This document shows, piece after piece, positions 1-9,244 of a stretch of 64,000 nt of DNA (positions are counted from its first letter, which is position 1; every line of letters starts with the position of its first letter). The notes under the pieces were generated by a model, which made no database searches, had not been told where the DNA came from, and was given only the letters and a program-made list of their open reading frames with translations. This stretch comes from Chlamydiota bacterium (GTDB lineage: Bacteria > Chlamydiota > Chlamydiia > Chlamydiales > SM23-39). The DNA is taken from NCBI GenBank assembly GCA_038534095.1, contig JBCAXK010000003.1, forward strand, positions 1 to 64,000, read 5' to 3'. A program made the position numbers and the translations under genes.

Positions 1-1
1 G

Positions 2-739
2 CGCGTGAAACATCTTTTACAACAAGGCCACCAAAATACCGTAAGACATTTGTGTAAAGAGCATGTTCTTGATCAATTGCATAAAGAAAAAGAGGCGCAA
101 GAAGCTGCGATCGATAGCCATCAGCGAAACATTCTCCAATCGATGCAAAGGAACCTCAATACAATTGATCTTCGAGAGCCGATGGAACAAGTGCAAGAAA
201 CGCTATTTGCTTGGCGACCAGCAGAACTTTGCGCAGAACAGGAAAATCATGTAGCCAGAGATGCTGACCAAGAAGGAAAGGAAGGCGTTCATCATTTATC
301 GAGAGGTTTTGATAGGGAAGCCAAAGCAAGGCATGATCAAATCCGCGAGCATTTAGCAAGAAATTTTGACCAGGAAGCCAAAACAAGGCACGATAAACTT
401 CTCAATGACTTCAAAAACGCACCCGGATTGTCATTTCTTGATCACGTTTTTGATCCATTAGTCGATTCTATGCCTGGCACGATAAAAGACCTTTTGGCCA
501 ACAATCCTGCTGCAGTGCGAACCATCAATTATCTATTTGACGCCGAAAACTGGCTCGTGAATATTTCTCAAAATGGTTTAAACCATTTAAAATCTAAAAT
601 TAAAGATTTGGCAGGCGAAAAAATTCTGAACGCGGTTGAACTCATCATTTTTGCAAGGGTAGCAACTGCGATCGGCATGTTAAGCAATCCTTCTCATGTG
701 GAGAGTATTGTTGGTCACGTAGGAAATAGAGCGGTTTAA
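2..739 (+). CDS. Hypothetical helical protein, probably 5'-truncated by the window edge; contains a 19-aa tandem repeat
   Basis: The frame is open from the window start. HLSRGFDREAKARHDQIRE / HLARNFDQEAKTRHDKLLN repeat with a 57-nt period (293, 350). Confidence 0.7.
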   Translation, partial: RVKHLLQQGHQNTVRHLCKEHVLDQLHKEKEAQEAAIDSHQRNILQSMQRNLNTIDLREPMEQVQETLFAWRPAELCAEQENHVARDADQEGKEGVHHLSRGFDREAKARHDQIREHLARNFDQEAKTRHDKLLNDFKNAPGLSFLDHVFDPLVDSMPGTIKDLLANNPAAVRTINYLFDAENWLVNISQNGLNHLKSKIKDLAGEKILNAVELIIFARVATAIGMLSNPSHVESIVGHVGNRAV

Positions 740-942
740 TCACCACCGTCTGTCTGGTTTTTCTACTTTATCTTGGTGTTCTTGTTGCATCTTTTCTGGA
801 CAAAGCTTTGGGTCAAAACATTCTGCGTTGGCTCCGTCACAAGAAGAGAGAGAAAGAAAACCCCCTGCGATCAACAAGATAAGAGCGCACTTCTTCATAA
901 ATTCTCCCTTTTCCTTTCATTTAAGAAATTTGTGGATTTTTC

Positions 943-1773
943 TCAAGATTTTGGAAAAATTTTTTCTAAATCTCTGAGAAAGCTTTTGGGTAAGGGAGCT
1001 TTTGTAGTTAGTCTCTTTTTCGTAACAGGATGAAAAAAGCTGAGCTTTAGGGCATGGAGAAGCAGTCTTGTTGCAGGAAAGGAATTACATCCCCGTTTTC
1101 TTGCATAATGGTAATCGCCTAAAATCGGATGTCCCAAATCTTGCATATGCAAACGTAGCTGATGGGTTTTCCCCGTAATCGGAAATAGAGCAACCAAAGT
1201 AGCCTGTTTAGATCGCTTGAGCACCTTATACGCAGTTTTGGCGTAAGCTCCTTGAGAAGACGAGACAAAAATCCGCTCTTGTTTTTTCTGAATACGACTT
1301 GTGATGGTCCCTTGATCGGTGGTAACAATCCCATCGACAACAGCAATGTACTCTTTTTTGATGGTGCGCAAACGAAAGAGCTCTTCTAAAAGAACCGCTA
1401 CTTCAGAAGTTTTTCCAAAAAGAAGAGCTCCGCTCGTTTCTTTATCCAACCGGTGAACTAATGTATACTGAGCGCAAACCTCTTGAGATACAATGCCTCT
1501 TGGCTTGTTCCAAATCACGAGATAATCATCTTCATACAACAAGGAAGGCTTTTCCCACTCTTCTTGTAAAAGAATCTCCACCACATCTCCAGAAAAAAGA
1601 TCGGTGGAGGCAAAGCGTTCAATCTGACCATTCACGCGAACACAGTTGTTTTCTAAAATCCGTTTCCATTTTTTTTGAGAAAATCCCTTTTTGGTTTTTT
1701 TCTCTAAAAATTGGGGAAGGCGAATTTTGTGCTCTTTACAAACGAAGACTTGTGTTTTCTGATCTTTAGGCAT
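943..1773 (-). CDS. RluA-family pseudouridine synthase with N-terminal S4-like region
   Basis: Motifs NKPRG, HRLDKETSG (catalytic Asp), TGKTHQLRLH, HPILGD and LHA. Confidence 0.93.
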   Translation of the reverse strand: MPKDQKTQVFVCKEHKIRLPQFLEKKTKKGFSQKKWKRILENNCVRVNGQIERFASTDLFSGDVVEILLQEEWEKPSLLYEDDYLVIWNKPRGIVSQEVCAQYTLVHRLDKETSGALLFGKTSEVAVLLEELFRLRTIKKEYIAVVDGIVTTDQGTITSRIQKKQERIFVSSSQGAYAKTAYKVLKRSKQATLVALFPITGKTHQLRLHMQDLGHPILGDYHYARKRGCNSFPATRLLLHALKLSFFHPVTKKRLTTKAPLPKSFLRDLEKIFPKS

Positions 1774-2008
1774 GAGATGAAATCCTCAAGAAAAACCCCT
1801 CCCCCTTATTTTGGCATAGAGGTGAAAAAGGAGCAAAATCGATCATCACAGATTCAGCAAACAAGATTTTTCTCTAGAATCAAGATAACTCCTTGGATAG
1901 CGGAAGCTTCTACTAAGATCGGGGCGGTTACAAAGCCCATCCCCAAAACAGGGATTGTAGATCCATCCCAAAGTAAACCGTTTACAAAGACAAGGTTCTC
2001 ATCGCTTT

Positions 2009-2329
2009 CTAGTGCCTCTTGGACAATCTTTGTAATCGGGGGCCACTTGTAATCCGAGAAACCGGAAACGAGCGGGAAGGTAAGACTGGAGAACGCGGAG
2101 AGGAAAAAGAAACACTGAGCACTCGAAACGGTACCGTTTCATCAGGACCAACGCGACGAGGTCTGGGAATAGGAATCCTCTGATGAGGCGAAGTAGACTG
2201 AGAAGGGATAAACTGCCCGAATCTTTGCAGTAATAACACAAGTTCCTCAAGGCCTTGTCGATTAGGCTCCCGATCAGAATGGATCTCCTAAGAATAGGAC
2301 CCTCTATTTTCTATCCTCTCCACGGTCAT
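2009..2329 (-). pseudogene. S/P/R-rich orphan ORF interrupted by an in-frame TAG at codon 14
   Basis: GAGGAG SD and ATG at 2329 give MTVERIENRGSYS*, then the frame continues into the 2009..2239 ORF. The TAG is at 2288-2290. Confidence 0.45.
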
Positions 2330-2360
2330 AGCTACTCCTCGTTGCTAAAAGCATTTCGGT

Positions 2361-3848
2361 CTATTGACCAATTTCTTTCCAGGTATTTTCCTCTAAAGAA
2401 CGGACAAACTCTACTAAAGTACGTACCGGTTCACCCGAAGCATTTTTCGGGTGCGCTCCAGACTCCTTAGAACGGAACGCGCATCCAGCGATATCTAAGT
2501 GGGCCCATGGCAATTCTTCAATAAACTCTTTTAGGAATAGAGCCGCTGTAATCGAACTTGCTTCCCTAGATCCTGAATTCTTGGTATCTGCAAAGTCAGA
2601 CTTTAGCAAAGAGAAATACTTTTGATGCAATGGCATAGCCCAGAAATTTTCTCCTTGGCGAGATGAGGCTTGTTGCAAAGCCTCTTCTAAAGCCCGGTTA
2701 TTGGAAAAAACTCCTGTATAGTCTTCACCTAGAGCAATCACAATAGCGCCTGTCAGAGTAGCTAAATCCACCATGAAATCGGGCTTGTAGTTTTTAGCTG
2801 TATAGCTCAAAGCATCGGCTAAAATCAATCTTCCTTCTGCATCGGTGTTATCGATTTCAACGGTTTTTCCCAAGTACGAGGTGTAGATATCTCCCACCTT
2901 ATAACTATTGGCATCAATCCCGTTTTCTGTCGTTGGAACAACTCCAATCACATTTTTTTTCACTTGCAATCGGGAAAGAGCATCGATAAGACCAAACACG
3001 CTTGCGGCGCCTCCCATATCTGCTTTCATACCGTTCATGAATTGGGTCGGCTTTAAGCTGAGCCCCCCTGTATCGTAAGTAACACCTTTGCCTATAAAAG
3101 CAGCTTTTCGAGAGGAGGAAGGATCTCCTTCATAATGGAATACAATGAGCTTTGGCTCGTGAGAACAGCCTCGATTTACCGCTAAAAGTAGACCCATACC
3201 CAGCTTTTCAATTTCTTGCTTATCGAGCACCTCAACGCGCAGATTCTTCCGAGTTTTTCCCATGTCTATCGCGATATCTGCAAGCTTGGCAGGCGTTATT
3301 TCATCTGCGTTCGTATTGACAAGGTCTCTTGTGAAGTAGATCGATGAGGCAATCTCACATTGCTCATCCAATTGCTGAGAGGAGGTCTTTGTCACAAGGG
3401 AAAACTGGGAAAATAGACTCTCTTTCTGTTTTTGATCTTTGTGAGTTTTGTATTTTTTAAAGAGGTAATTTCCTAAAAGTAGTCCCTCAAAACAAGCAAT
3501 CAGGACATCTTCAGGAGTCTCGATCTGAGGGAAAAGAACATTGGCGGTTTGACATCCCAAAGGCAAGCATTTTCGAACGGCGGTTGCGTAAGAGTCTCTA
3601 AACGTAGAGAGAGACGGATTTTTTCCAAGACCAATCAAGCAAATGCGAGATTCTTGTCCAAGAGGCGGATACAAAATCGCTACTTCCCCTTCTTTTCCCG
3701 AAAAATCCTCTAAAATCCCTGAAGAAGAGAAACTTTTACTCAGTTCTTTTGCCGCTTCGCAAGACTCTTCTAAGCTTTTTCCTTCGATGTAAGGAATGAA
3801 GAGGATGTCTGCCTCAGCCCTTTTTGCTACAATTTCGTATAGGCTCAT
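2361..3848 (-). CDS. pepA: Leucyl aminopeptidase (M17)
   Basis: Motifs GKGVTYDTGGLSLK, MKADMGG, NTDAEGRL and HLDIAG. Confidence 0.96.
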   Translation of the reverse strand: MSLYEIVAKRAEADILFIPYIEGKSLEESCEAAKELSKSFSSSGILEDFSGKEGEVAILYPPLGQESRICLIGLGKNPSLSTFRDSYATAVRKCLPLGCQTANVLFPQIETPEDVLIACFEGLLLGNYLFKKYKTHKDQKQKESLFSQFSLVTKTSSQQLDEQCEIASSIYFTRDLVNTNADEITPAKLADIAIDMGKTRKNLRVEVLDKQEIEKLGMGLLLAVNRGCSHEPKLIVFHYEGDPSSSRKAAFIGKGVTYDTGGLSLKPTQFMNGMKADMGGAASVFGLIDALSRLQVKKNVIGVVPTTENGIDANSYKVGDIYTSYLGKTVEIDNTDAEGRLILADALSYTAKNYKPDFMVDLATLTGAIVIALGEDYTGVFSNNRALEEALQQASSRQGENFWAMPLHQKYFSLLKSDFADTKNSGSREASSITAALFLKEFIEELPWAHLDIAGCAFRSKESGAHPKNASGEPVRTLVEFVRSLEENTWKEIGQ

Positions 3849-4303
3849 TAAAACGGCACCTCATCATCAAATCCTTGTTGATCACTCGGCGCAGATCCGC
3901 CTCCAGAGGATGAATTAGCCGCCTGTCCTGCCATCTCATAAGGCACTTGGTTACCACTATCTTGCGTTGACTTCATCCCTTCCCGATCTGTTTTTCCAAA
4001 TGGACTAAACTGCAAGTAGCTTGCTGTGATATTCATCGATACCTGAGGAGTCCCTTCTCGATTATTGTAAATTTCAGGCGCTTCTAACGTTCCAGAGACA
4101 ATGATTGCGCTCCCCTTCTTTAGATGGGGAATCATAGAATCATACTGCTCACCCCAGATCGTAACTCTCCACCAGAGAGTGTGGTCTTTTCCTGCTTTTC
4201 TTGAGCGCGCAGCTACGCGAAGAATGGTGACTTTCTTTCCTGTAGATGTGAAGCGAACCTCGGGATCTGCTCCTAAGTGCCCAGCGATTTGTATGAAATT
4301 CAT
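3848..4303 (-). CDS. ssb: Single-stranded DNA-binding protein
   Basis: OB-fold N-terminus GHLGADPEVR and acidic tail FDDEVPF. Confidence 0.96.
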   Translation of the reverse strand: MNFIQIAGHLGADPEVRFTSTGKKVTILRVAARSRKAGKDHTLWWRVTIWGEQYDSMIPHLKKGSAIIVSGTLEAPEIYNNREGTPQVSMNITASYLQFSPFGKTDREGMKSTQDSGNQVPYEMAGQAANSSSGGGSAPSDQQGFDDEVPF

Positions 4304-4357
4304 AATGATCCTCCTAATAGACTCTCATTATCTAGAAGAATTTAGATAGATGCAAGG

Positions 4358-5500
4358 CTAAAGCCGTTTTTTCCGAGGAACCCGGTAGGAAAAAAGGACG
4401 CAAAATAGGCCCAAAATACAAAAGGGTATGCTCAGCATTTGTCCCATGCTGAGCGTAGTATCCATAGACAAAAAGCTTTGCCTTTCTTTTAGAAATTCGA
4501 CAACAAATCGGAAAGAAAAAATCATGAGAAAAAACAGGCCTGTGAGCTTTCCTGCTCGCAACAGGATGGTTGTTCTTAACGCAAGGGAACAAAGAATCAA
4601 AAAGATCAGAAAGTAACACCCCGCCTCGTAAAGCTGTACTGGATGCCTCGGAATCAGCGGCGTTGATCCATCAAAAGGGTGACCAAAAGCTACAGCCCAA
4701 GGAAGATCTGTAGGTTTGCCTAGAAGTTCTTGATTAAAAAAGTTGCCTATTCTCACCCAACCACCAACAAACGCGGCAGGAACAGAAATCAGATCCAAAA
4801 TACTCATGAAAGGTAGTTTAGGCTGCTGCGATTGACCATACCTTGCGAACAGATAGACGCCCAAAATAATAGCAAAAGCAGCTCCATGGCTAGCTAGTCC
4901 CCCCTCCCATACCGTAAAGATTTTCCAAGGCGCATTGAGGTAGACAGAAGAAGGGCGGTAAAAAAAGAGATGGAAAAAACGGGCTCCAAAAAGGGTGCAA
5001 AAAATCATCACCATCAGAAGGCGATCAGAAAATTGGATCGCTCTTTCCTGTAACCTAGAAAGAGCTCCTTGAAACACCGTTTCTAAATACACACGGAGCG
5101 CCGCTTTTTTGGGAGAAACAAGAAAGTGTTTTCTACGCCACTTACCCTTACTACCTTCGATAAAAGAGAGGTCTTCCCAATTTTTTTCCGTATGGATAAA
5201 CCGGTTCATTAACGTCCGCAGTTTTTGGATCGAAGAAACCTTTTCTCCCTTCGTAATGAGGTAGAGTAAGGCGGACGCTTTTTTTCCTTTTGTTCCTCGC
5301 ACCTTGTCTAAGAGTTTTTCTGGTGCTTTGATCTCTTGCGGAAGAACTTCTGGAAATTGGCTAAAATAGAAAGTGAGTAGGTGGACAAAAATGTAGTATC
5401 CAAGATAAAAACTCAGGGCAAAAAAAAGCCCATACCATAAAATAGGCACATCCAGATAGGGCAAGCGAAAAGCTTCTCGAGAAGGATCCCATGTAAACAT
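4358..5500 (-). CDS. lgt: Prolipoprotein diacylglyceryl transferase with a ~110-aa soluble insertion
   Basis: Motifs WYG, GARFFH, GGLASHG, RIGNFFNQEL.G, RHPVQLYE, RFVVEF and MGQMLS. Confidence 0.93.
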   Translation of the reverse strand: MFTWDPSREAFRLPYLDVPILWYGLFFALSFYLGYYIFVHLLTFYFSQFPEVLPQEIKAPEKLLDKVRGTKGKKASALLYLITKGEKVSSIQKLRTLMNRFIHTEKNWEDLSFIEGSKGKWRRKHFLVSPKKAALRVYLETVFQGALSRLQERAIQFSDRLLMVMIFCTLFGARFFHLFFYRPSSVYLNAPWKIFTVWEGGLASHGAAFAIILGVYLFARYGQSQQPKLPFMSILDLISVPAAFVGGWVRIGNFFNQELLGKPTDLPWAVAFGHPFDGSTPLIPRHPVQLYEAGCYFLIFLILCSLALRTTILLRAGKLTGLFFLMIFSFRFVVEFLKERQSFLSMDTTLSMGQMLSIPFCILGLFCVLFSYRVPRKKRL

Positions 5501-5517
5501 GTTATTGATTGTAACAC

Positions 5518-5928
5518 ATGCCGCTAAAAATCGCTATTGTCAGTCAGGGCAAATCAAAAAAGCCTGCCTTAGAAGCTCTCATACAAGAGTATAAAAAAAG
5601 GATGCAGTTTTCGATTGCGTTAGAAGAGTATTTCCCGAAAGACATCGACGTTTTTTTACAGAAAGGGGGAAGAAAAATTGCTCTTGACCCGTTAGGCGTT
5701 ACCCTCTCTAGCCAAAACTTTTCACAAAAGCTTTTTTCTTGCTCAGAAAGTAGGCTCTACTTTTTCATTGGGGGCGATGAGGGATTTTCAAAAAACTTTT
5801 TAGAGAAAGTTGATGAAGTGATCAGCCTATCAAAAATGACCTTCACGCACCAATTTGCGCGGGCCATCTTGATCGAACAGATCTACCGGGCTTCGGAAAT
5901 TTACAAGGGGAGTAAATACCATAAGTGA
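5518..5928 (+). CDS. rlmH: 23S rRNA (pseudouridine-1915-N3)-methyltransferase
   Basis: SPOUT motifs FFIGGDEG, SLSKMTFTHQFAR and EQIYRA...YHK. Confidence 0.93.
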   Translation: MPLKIAIVSQGKSKKPALEALIQEYKKRMQFSIALEEYFPKDIDVFLQKGGRKIALDPLGVTLSSQNFSQKLFSCSESRLYFFIGGDEGFSKNFLEKVDEVISLSKMTFTHQFARAILIEQIYRASEIYKGSKYHK

Positions 5929-6012
5929 CGTGCCTACTCTCAACATTTGGTCCAAATAAGATCCTGAGTGAAGAGATCAATCTAGCGCTTCTCCTACGGC
6001 TTTTTTTAGCCA

Positions 6013-6462
6013 TCAAGAACGGATTTGTTTACGGTAGAGAACCGCAAAACGGAAGAAAAAAAGGGCACCTTGGCACAAAGCGGTCCCAATGGCGATATCC
6101 ATAAATCCCCTGGAAAACGGGGAAATAGGAAGGCGAGTGAGCAAAAATCCTAAAAAAAACATGAAAAAAATGAGCGCCGATGTTTTTTTGTCGTACAAAT
6201 CGAATAGAGAAAGCGAACCTGGAAAATCGGTGATTCTCTGGAAAATTCTTGTCGCTGTTTTCCGAAGAACAAACCTCCCCTTCAAAAACCCTAAAGCAAT
6301 CGCTAGGCTCATATAAAAAGCAAACTCTCTAGTTAGGAAGAGCTCTCCACTTTCTTGGGTCAGCATGCTTTGGGTGAGAAGGCGAAATCCTTTGGATAGA
6401 AGAGACATTCCCCCCATCATCCAAATGCCTCCAGAAAGAATCGTGGCTGTGATCTTGTTCAT
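6013..6462 (-). CDS. Conserved-type membrane protein (about 4 TM)
   Basis: Hydrophobic segments with GFLKGRFVL and DIAIG.AL motifs; lies next to acpS/trxB as in other chlamydiae. Confidence 0.75.
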   Translation of the reverse strand: MNKITATILSGGIWMMGGMSLLSKGFRLLTQSMLTQESGELFLTREFAFYMSLAIALGFLKGRFVLRKTATRIFQRITDFPGSLSLFDLYDKKTSALIFFMFFLGFLLTRLPISPFSRGFMDIAIGTALCQGALFFFRFAVLYRKQIRS

Positions 6463-6868
6463 AACCGAACATTACCGCAGAACCGGGATTCTTGCAAGAG
6501 CTGCTGTAGTCAGATGCAAAAAGCCTGAAGAAAAAAGGGTTTGCAGGGAAAATTTGAGAAGAGTAAGTAGACAGGAAATCAACTTTCAACAAGGTAGCTA
6601 TTTTCCTCTCAGGGTTTCCCCAAAATCTTCTGTAAGAGGGACAAAAAAACGCCCACAGAATTGAAGAGCGATTCTTCATGGGGCTAAAGAAAAACGGAGT
6701 TTTTTTATTCCCACTTAGAGGGGGCGTTAGACAAATGACCTATGAAACCATGCTTGCTACTGAAAAGCATTTTATCTAGAAAGATCTGAGCATTTACCCC
6801 TGTTTCATTTTCACCTATCTGTTACACTAATGGGAAGAAAATGTGCGGAAAAAGGAGCCTTAGCATAC

Positions 6869-7249
6869 GTGAATTTGGATATTGGCGTCGATATTGTATC
6901 AGTAGAAAGAATAGAACAATCCATCGAGCGTTATGGAGAGATCTTTCTCAAAAGAATCTTTACAGAAAAGGAGCGTGCCTACTGTTACTTGCTAAAAAGC
7001 CGCCCTACCCTACGTTTTGCCTCCCGTTACGCAGGAAAAGAAGCTGTTGCTAAAGCCTTGGGATCAGGAATAGGAAAACACCTCTCTTGGCAAGATATAG
7101 AAATTCTTCCAGAAAAACAGAACAAACCTAGGGTCACTCTCTCTGAAAAAGCGTACCATTTTTTCAATAAACCAAACATAATCATTAGCTTAAGCCACGA
7201 AAAAGAGTTTGCCGTAGCCTACGCCCTTGTCCAAAGCCGCCCTGCGTAA
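6869..7249 (+). CDS. acpS: Holo-[ACP] synthase
   Basis: GVDIV, RIFTEKE, RYAGKEAVAKALG.G and SLSHE. Start moved to GTG 6869 after AAGGAG. Confidence 0.95.
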   Translation: MNLDIGVDIVSVERIEQSIERYGEIFLKRIFTEKERAYCYLLKSRPTLRFASRYAGKEAVAKALGSGIGKHLSWQDIEILPEKQNKPRVTLSEKAYHFFNKPNIIISLSHEKEFAVAYALVQSRPA

Positions 7250-7360
7250 ATTGATAAGGCCGTTACTAGGGGCAAGGGACCCATGTCAGCAGAACGGGTT
7301 TAAAGACGGTTTTGCGTAAAAACAGCGCACATTCCCTAAAGATTTGAAGCAATCGCCTAT

Positions 7361-8173
7361 TTAGAATGAAAAGGGTAAAAGGTAGGCAACGGTGAAAAAA
7401 TTCACGCCTTCGGGATAAGCTCCTGCCAAAAGCCTGCGAACATACTCGAAACGGAACGTACCCATTACCCCAATTTTGTAGCCATAACGGGCACCTACAT
7501 CGAGAAATTTATACCGAATACGCCCGTAGCCAAAAAAATCATTTGGATCCACTTGGGTTCTTTTTCCATAACCATGTCCCCCTTCTAAAAAAAGAGCCCC
7601 GGTATGTTCGTCAAAGTACTTACCTTCAAAAGAGGCAGTTCCTGAGAACCAAGGAGAACCGCTCGTTGCAAATCCTAAAGAGCCGTATCCCCAAAATCGG
7701 TAACGAAAATACCGATTGGGATCAAATTCTTTCCCAAAAGCGACATGCAATAAAAACTCCCCAGATCCGTGATAAGGGCAGCTCACATCTCGAAGCGAGC
7801 GCCTGGAGGTAAAGCGGGCAGAAACTCCCGTTGCTAAACTGAGAGGATCTCCAATCACATCGTCCAACCAAAGATAACGCCCTTGAAGGGCAAGAGAGCG
7901 GAAGCTAAAGGATTGACGCGAGGTATCTACGAAAGAAACTTCCCCATCTACGCTCCATTGGGGCGCTGGGGACGTTTCTATCGAAAAGTCAAAATCGTGA
8001 TCCTTAGAACCTGTGTTGGGGATCGTTTCACGGTTGATTTTGTGGTAATCGCTGTAGGTATAACTTGTGAGCAAATGAAACTCATAGACATCGCTAAACC
8101 AAGGTTGTTTTTCAAGACCTGAGGCAAAAGAGGGGAAAAGCCCACAAACCATGAGCGCGTAGAGCCATCTCAT
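7361..8173 (-). CDS. Putative outer-membrane beta-barrel protein
   Basis: Signal peptide [19 protein letters not shown], alternating aromatic beta-strand pattern and C-terminal Phe (YLLPFSF). ATGA overlap with the trxB stop. Confidence 0.7.
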   Translation of the reverse strand: MRWLYALMVCGLFPSFASGLEKQPWFSDVYEFHLLTSYTYSDYHKINRETIPNTGSKDHDFDFSIETSPAPQWSVDGEVSFVDTSRQSFSFRSLALQGRYLWLDDVIGDPLSLATGVSARFTSRRSLRDVSCPYHGSGEFLLHVAFGKEFDPNRYFRYRFWGYGSLGFATSGSPWFSGTASFEGKYFDEHTGALFLEGGHGYGKRTQVDPNDFFGYGRIRYKFLDVGARYGYKIGVMGTFRFEYVRRLLAGAYPEGVNFFTVAYLLPFSF

Positions 8174-9117
8174 AGGCCAAGTTCCGATAAGTAGCGCTCT
8201 GCATCTAAAGCAGCCATGCACCCCGATCCGGCGGCAGTGACCGCTTGGCGATAACGCTCATCTTGCACGTCACCTGCTGCAAAAACTCCTGGAATGCACG
8301 TTTTGCTGGTCCCTTTTTCGACTTCAATATATCCAGCAGGAGAAAGGGGGAGCTGCCCCTCTAAAAATTTTGTATTTGGCAAGTGGCCTATGGCAAAAAA
8401 TACCCCGCCAGCTTCTTGTTCTTGAACGCTTTCTGTAACAAGATCTTTGATGCAAACTGCCCCAACAATCGCCTCCCCTTTTACTTCGTGCAAGACAGAA
8501 TTCCAAAGAATCTCCACCTGAGGGTGCTGCAAAGCTCTTTCTGCCATAATTTTTGAAGCGCGCAAAGTATCCCGGCGGTGAACGATATACACTTTTTTTG
8601 CATACCTTGTCAAAAAAATCGCCTCTTCTACAGCGCTATCGCCCCCTCCAATGACATACACATCTTTATTGCGAAAAATCGGCGCTGCGCCATCACAAAC
8701 TGCGCAAGAAGAGACCCCTTTCTGCCAAAATTCTCCGTCCCTTGTTCCAGGAATATCGAGCCTTTTTGCGCAAGCGCCTGTCGCAATGATGATTGCTTTT
8801 GCGCGCACTTCGTCTTGTTTGGTTTTCAAGGTAAACGGTTTTTTTTGCAAATCCACGCTTACCACATCTTCTTGCCGAATTTCGGTTCCAAAACGGAGCG
8901 CTTGTTTTTTAAACGCTTCCATCATTTCTGGGCCTAAAATGCCCGAAGGAAACCCAGGATAATTTTCCACGTCGGTCGTTGTGGTCAGCTGCCCCCCTTC
9001 TGGTCCCGATAAAAATCCAGAAAAAAGGAGCGGAGAGAGGTTGGCTCTTGCTGCGTAAATCGCTGCTGTGTACCCAGCAGGCCCCGACCCAATGATCACT
9101 AAATCTTTTTCTTTCAT
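8170..9117 (-). CDS. trxB: Thioredoxin-disulfide reductase
   Basis: [20 protein letters not shown] and FAAGDV. Start taken at ATG 9117. Confidence 0.97.
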   Translation of the reverse strand: MKEKDLVIIGSGPAGYTAAIYAARANLSPLLFSGFLSGPEGGQLTTTTDVENYPGFPSGILGPEMMEAFKKQALRFGTEIRQEDVVSVDLQKKPFTLKTKQDEVRAKAIIIATGACAKRLDIPGTRDGEFWQKGVSSCAVCDGAAPIFRNKDVYVIGGGDSAVEEAIFLTRYAKKVYIVHRRDTLRASKIMAERALQHPQVEILWNSVLHEVKGEAIVGAVCIKDLVTESVQEQEAGGVFFAIGHLPNTKFLEGQLPLSPAGYIEVEKGTSKTCIPGVFAAGDVQDERYRQAVTAAGSGCMAALDAERYLSELGL

Positions 9118-9244
9118 TACGATTTCCTTTTGAATTAAAAGTTGATTGTATCGAACTATCTGCAAAAATTCCACTAGAAAGGACAAAGAAAATCCCTTAA
9201 AATGTTTGCAAGACTTGTCGATAAAATTGGATCTTAAGAATCAT

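Noticed and set aside
2288..2290. TAG reassignment (alternative genetic code)
   Set aside because: Conserved genes such as pepA, lgt, acpP, tyrS and recR end at TAG at their expected lengths.
5498..5520. 17-bp gap between divergent lgt and rlmH as a special element
   Set aside because: Only an imperfect inverted repeat; compact divergent genes with internal promoters are ordinary in reduced genomes.
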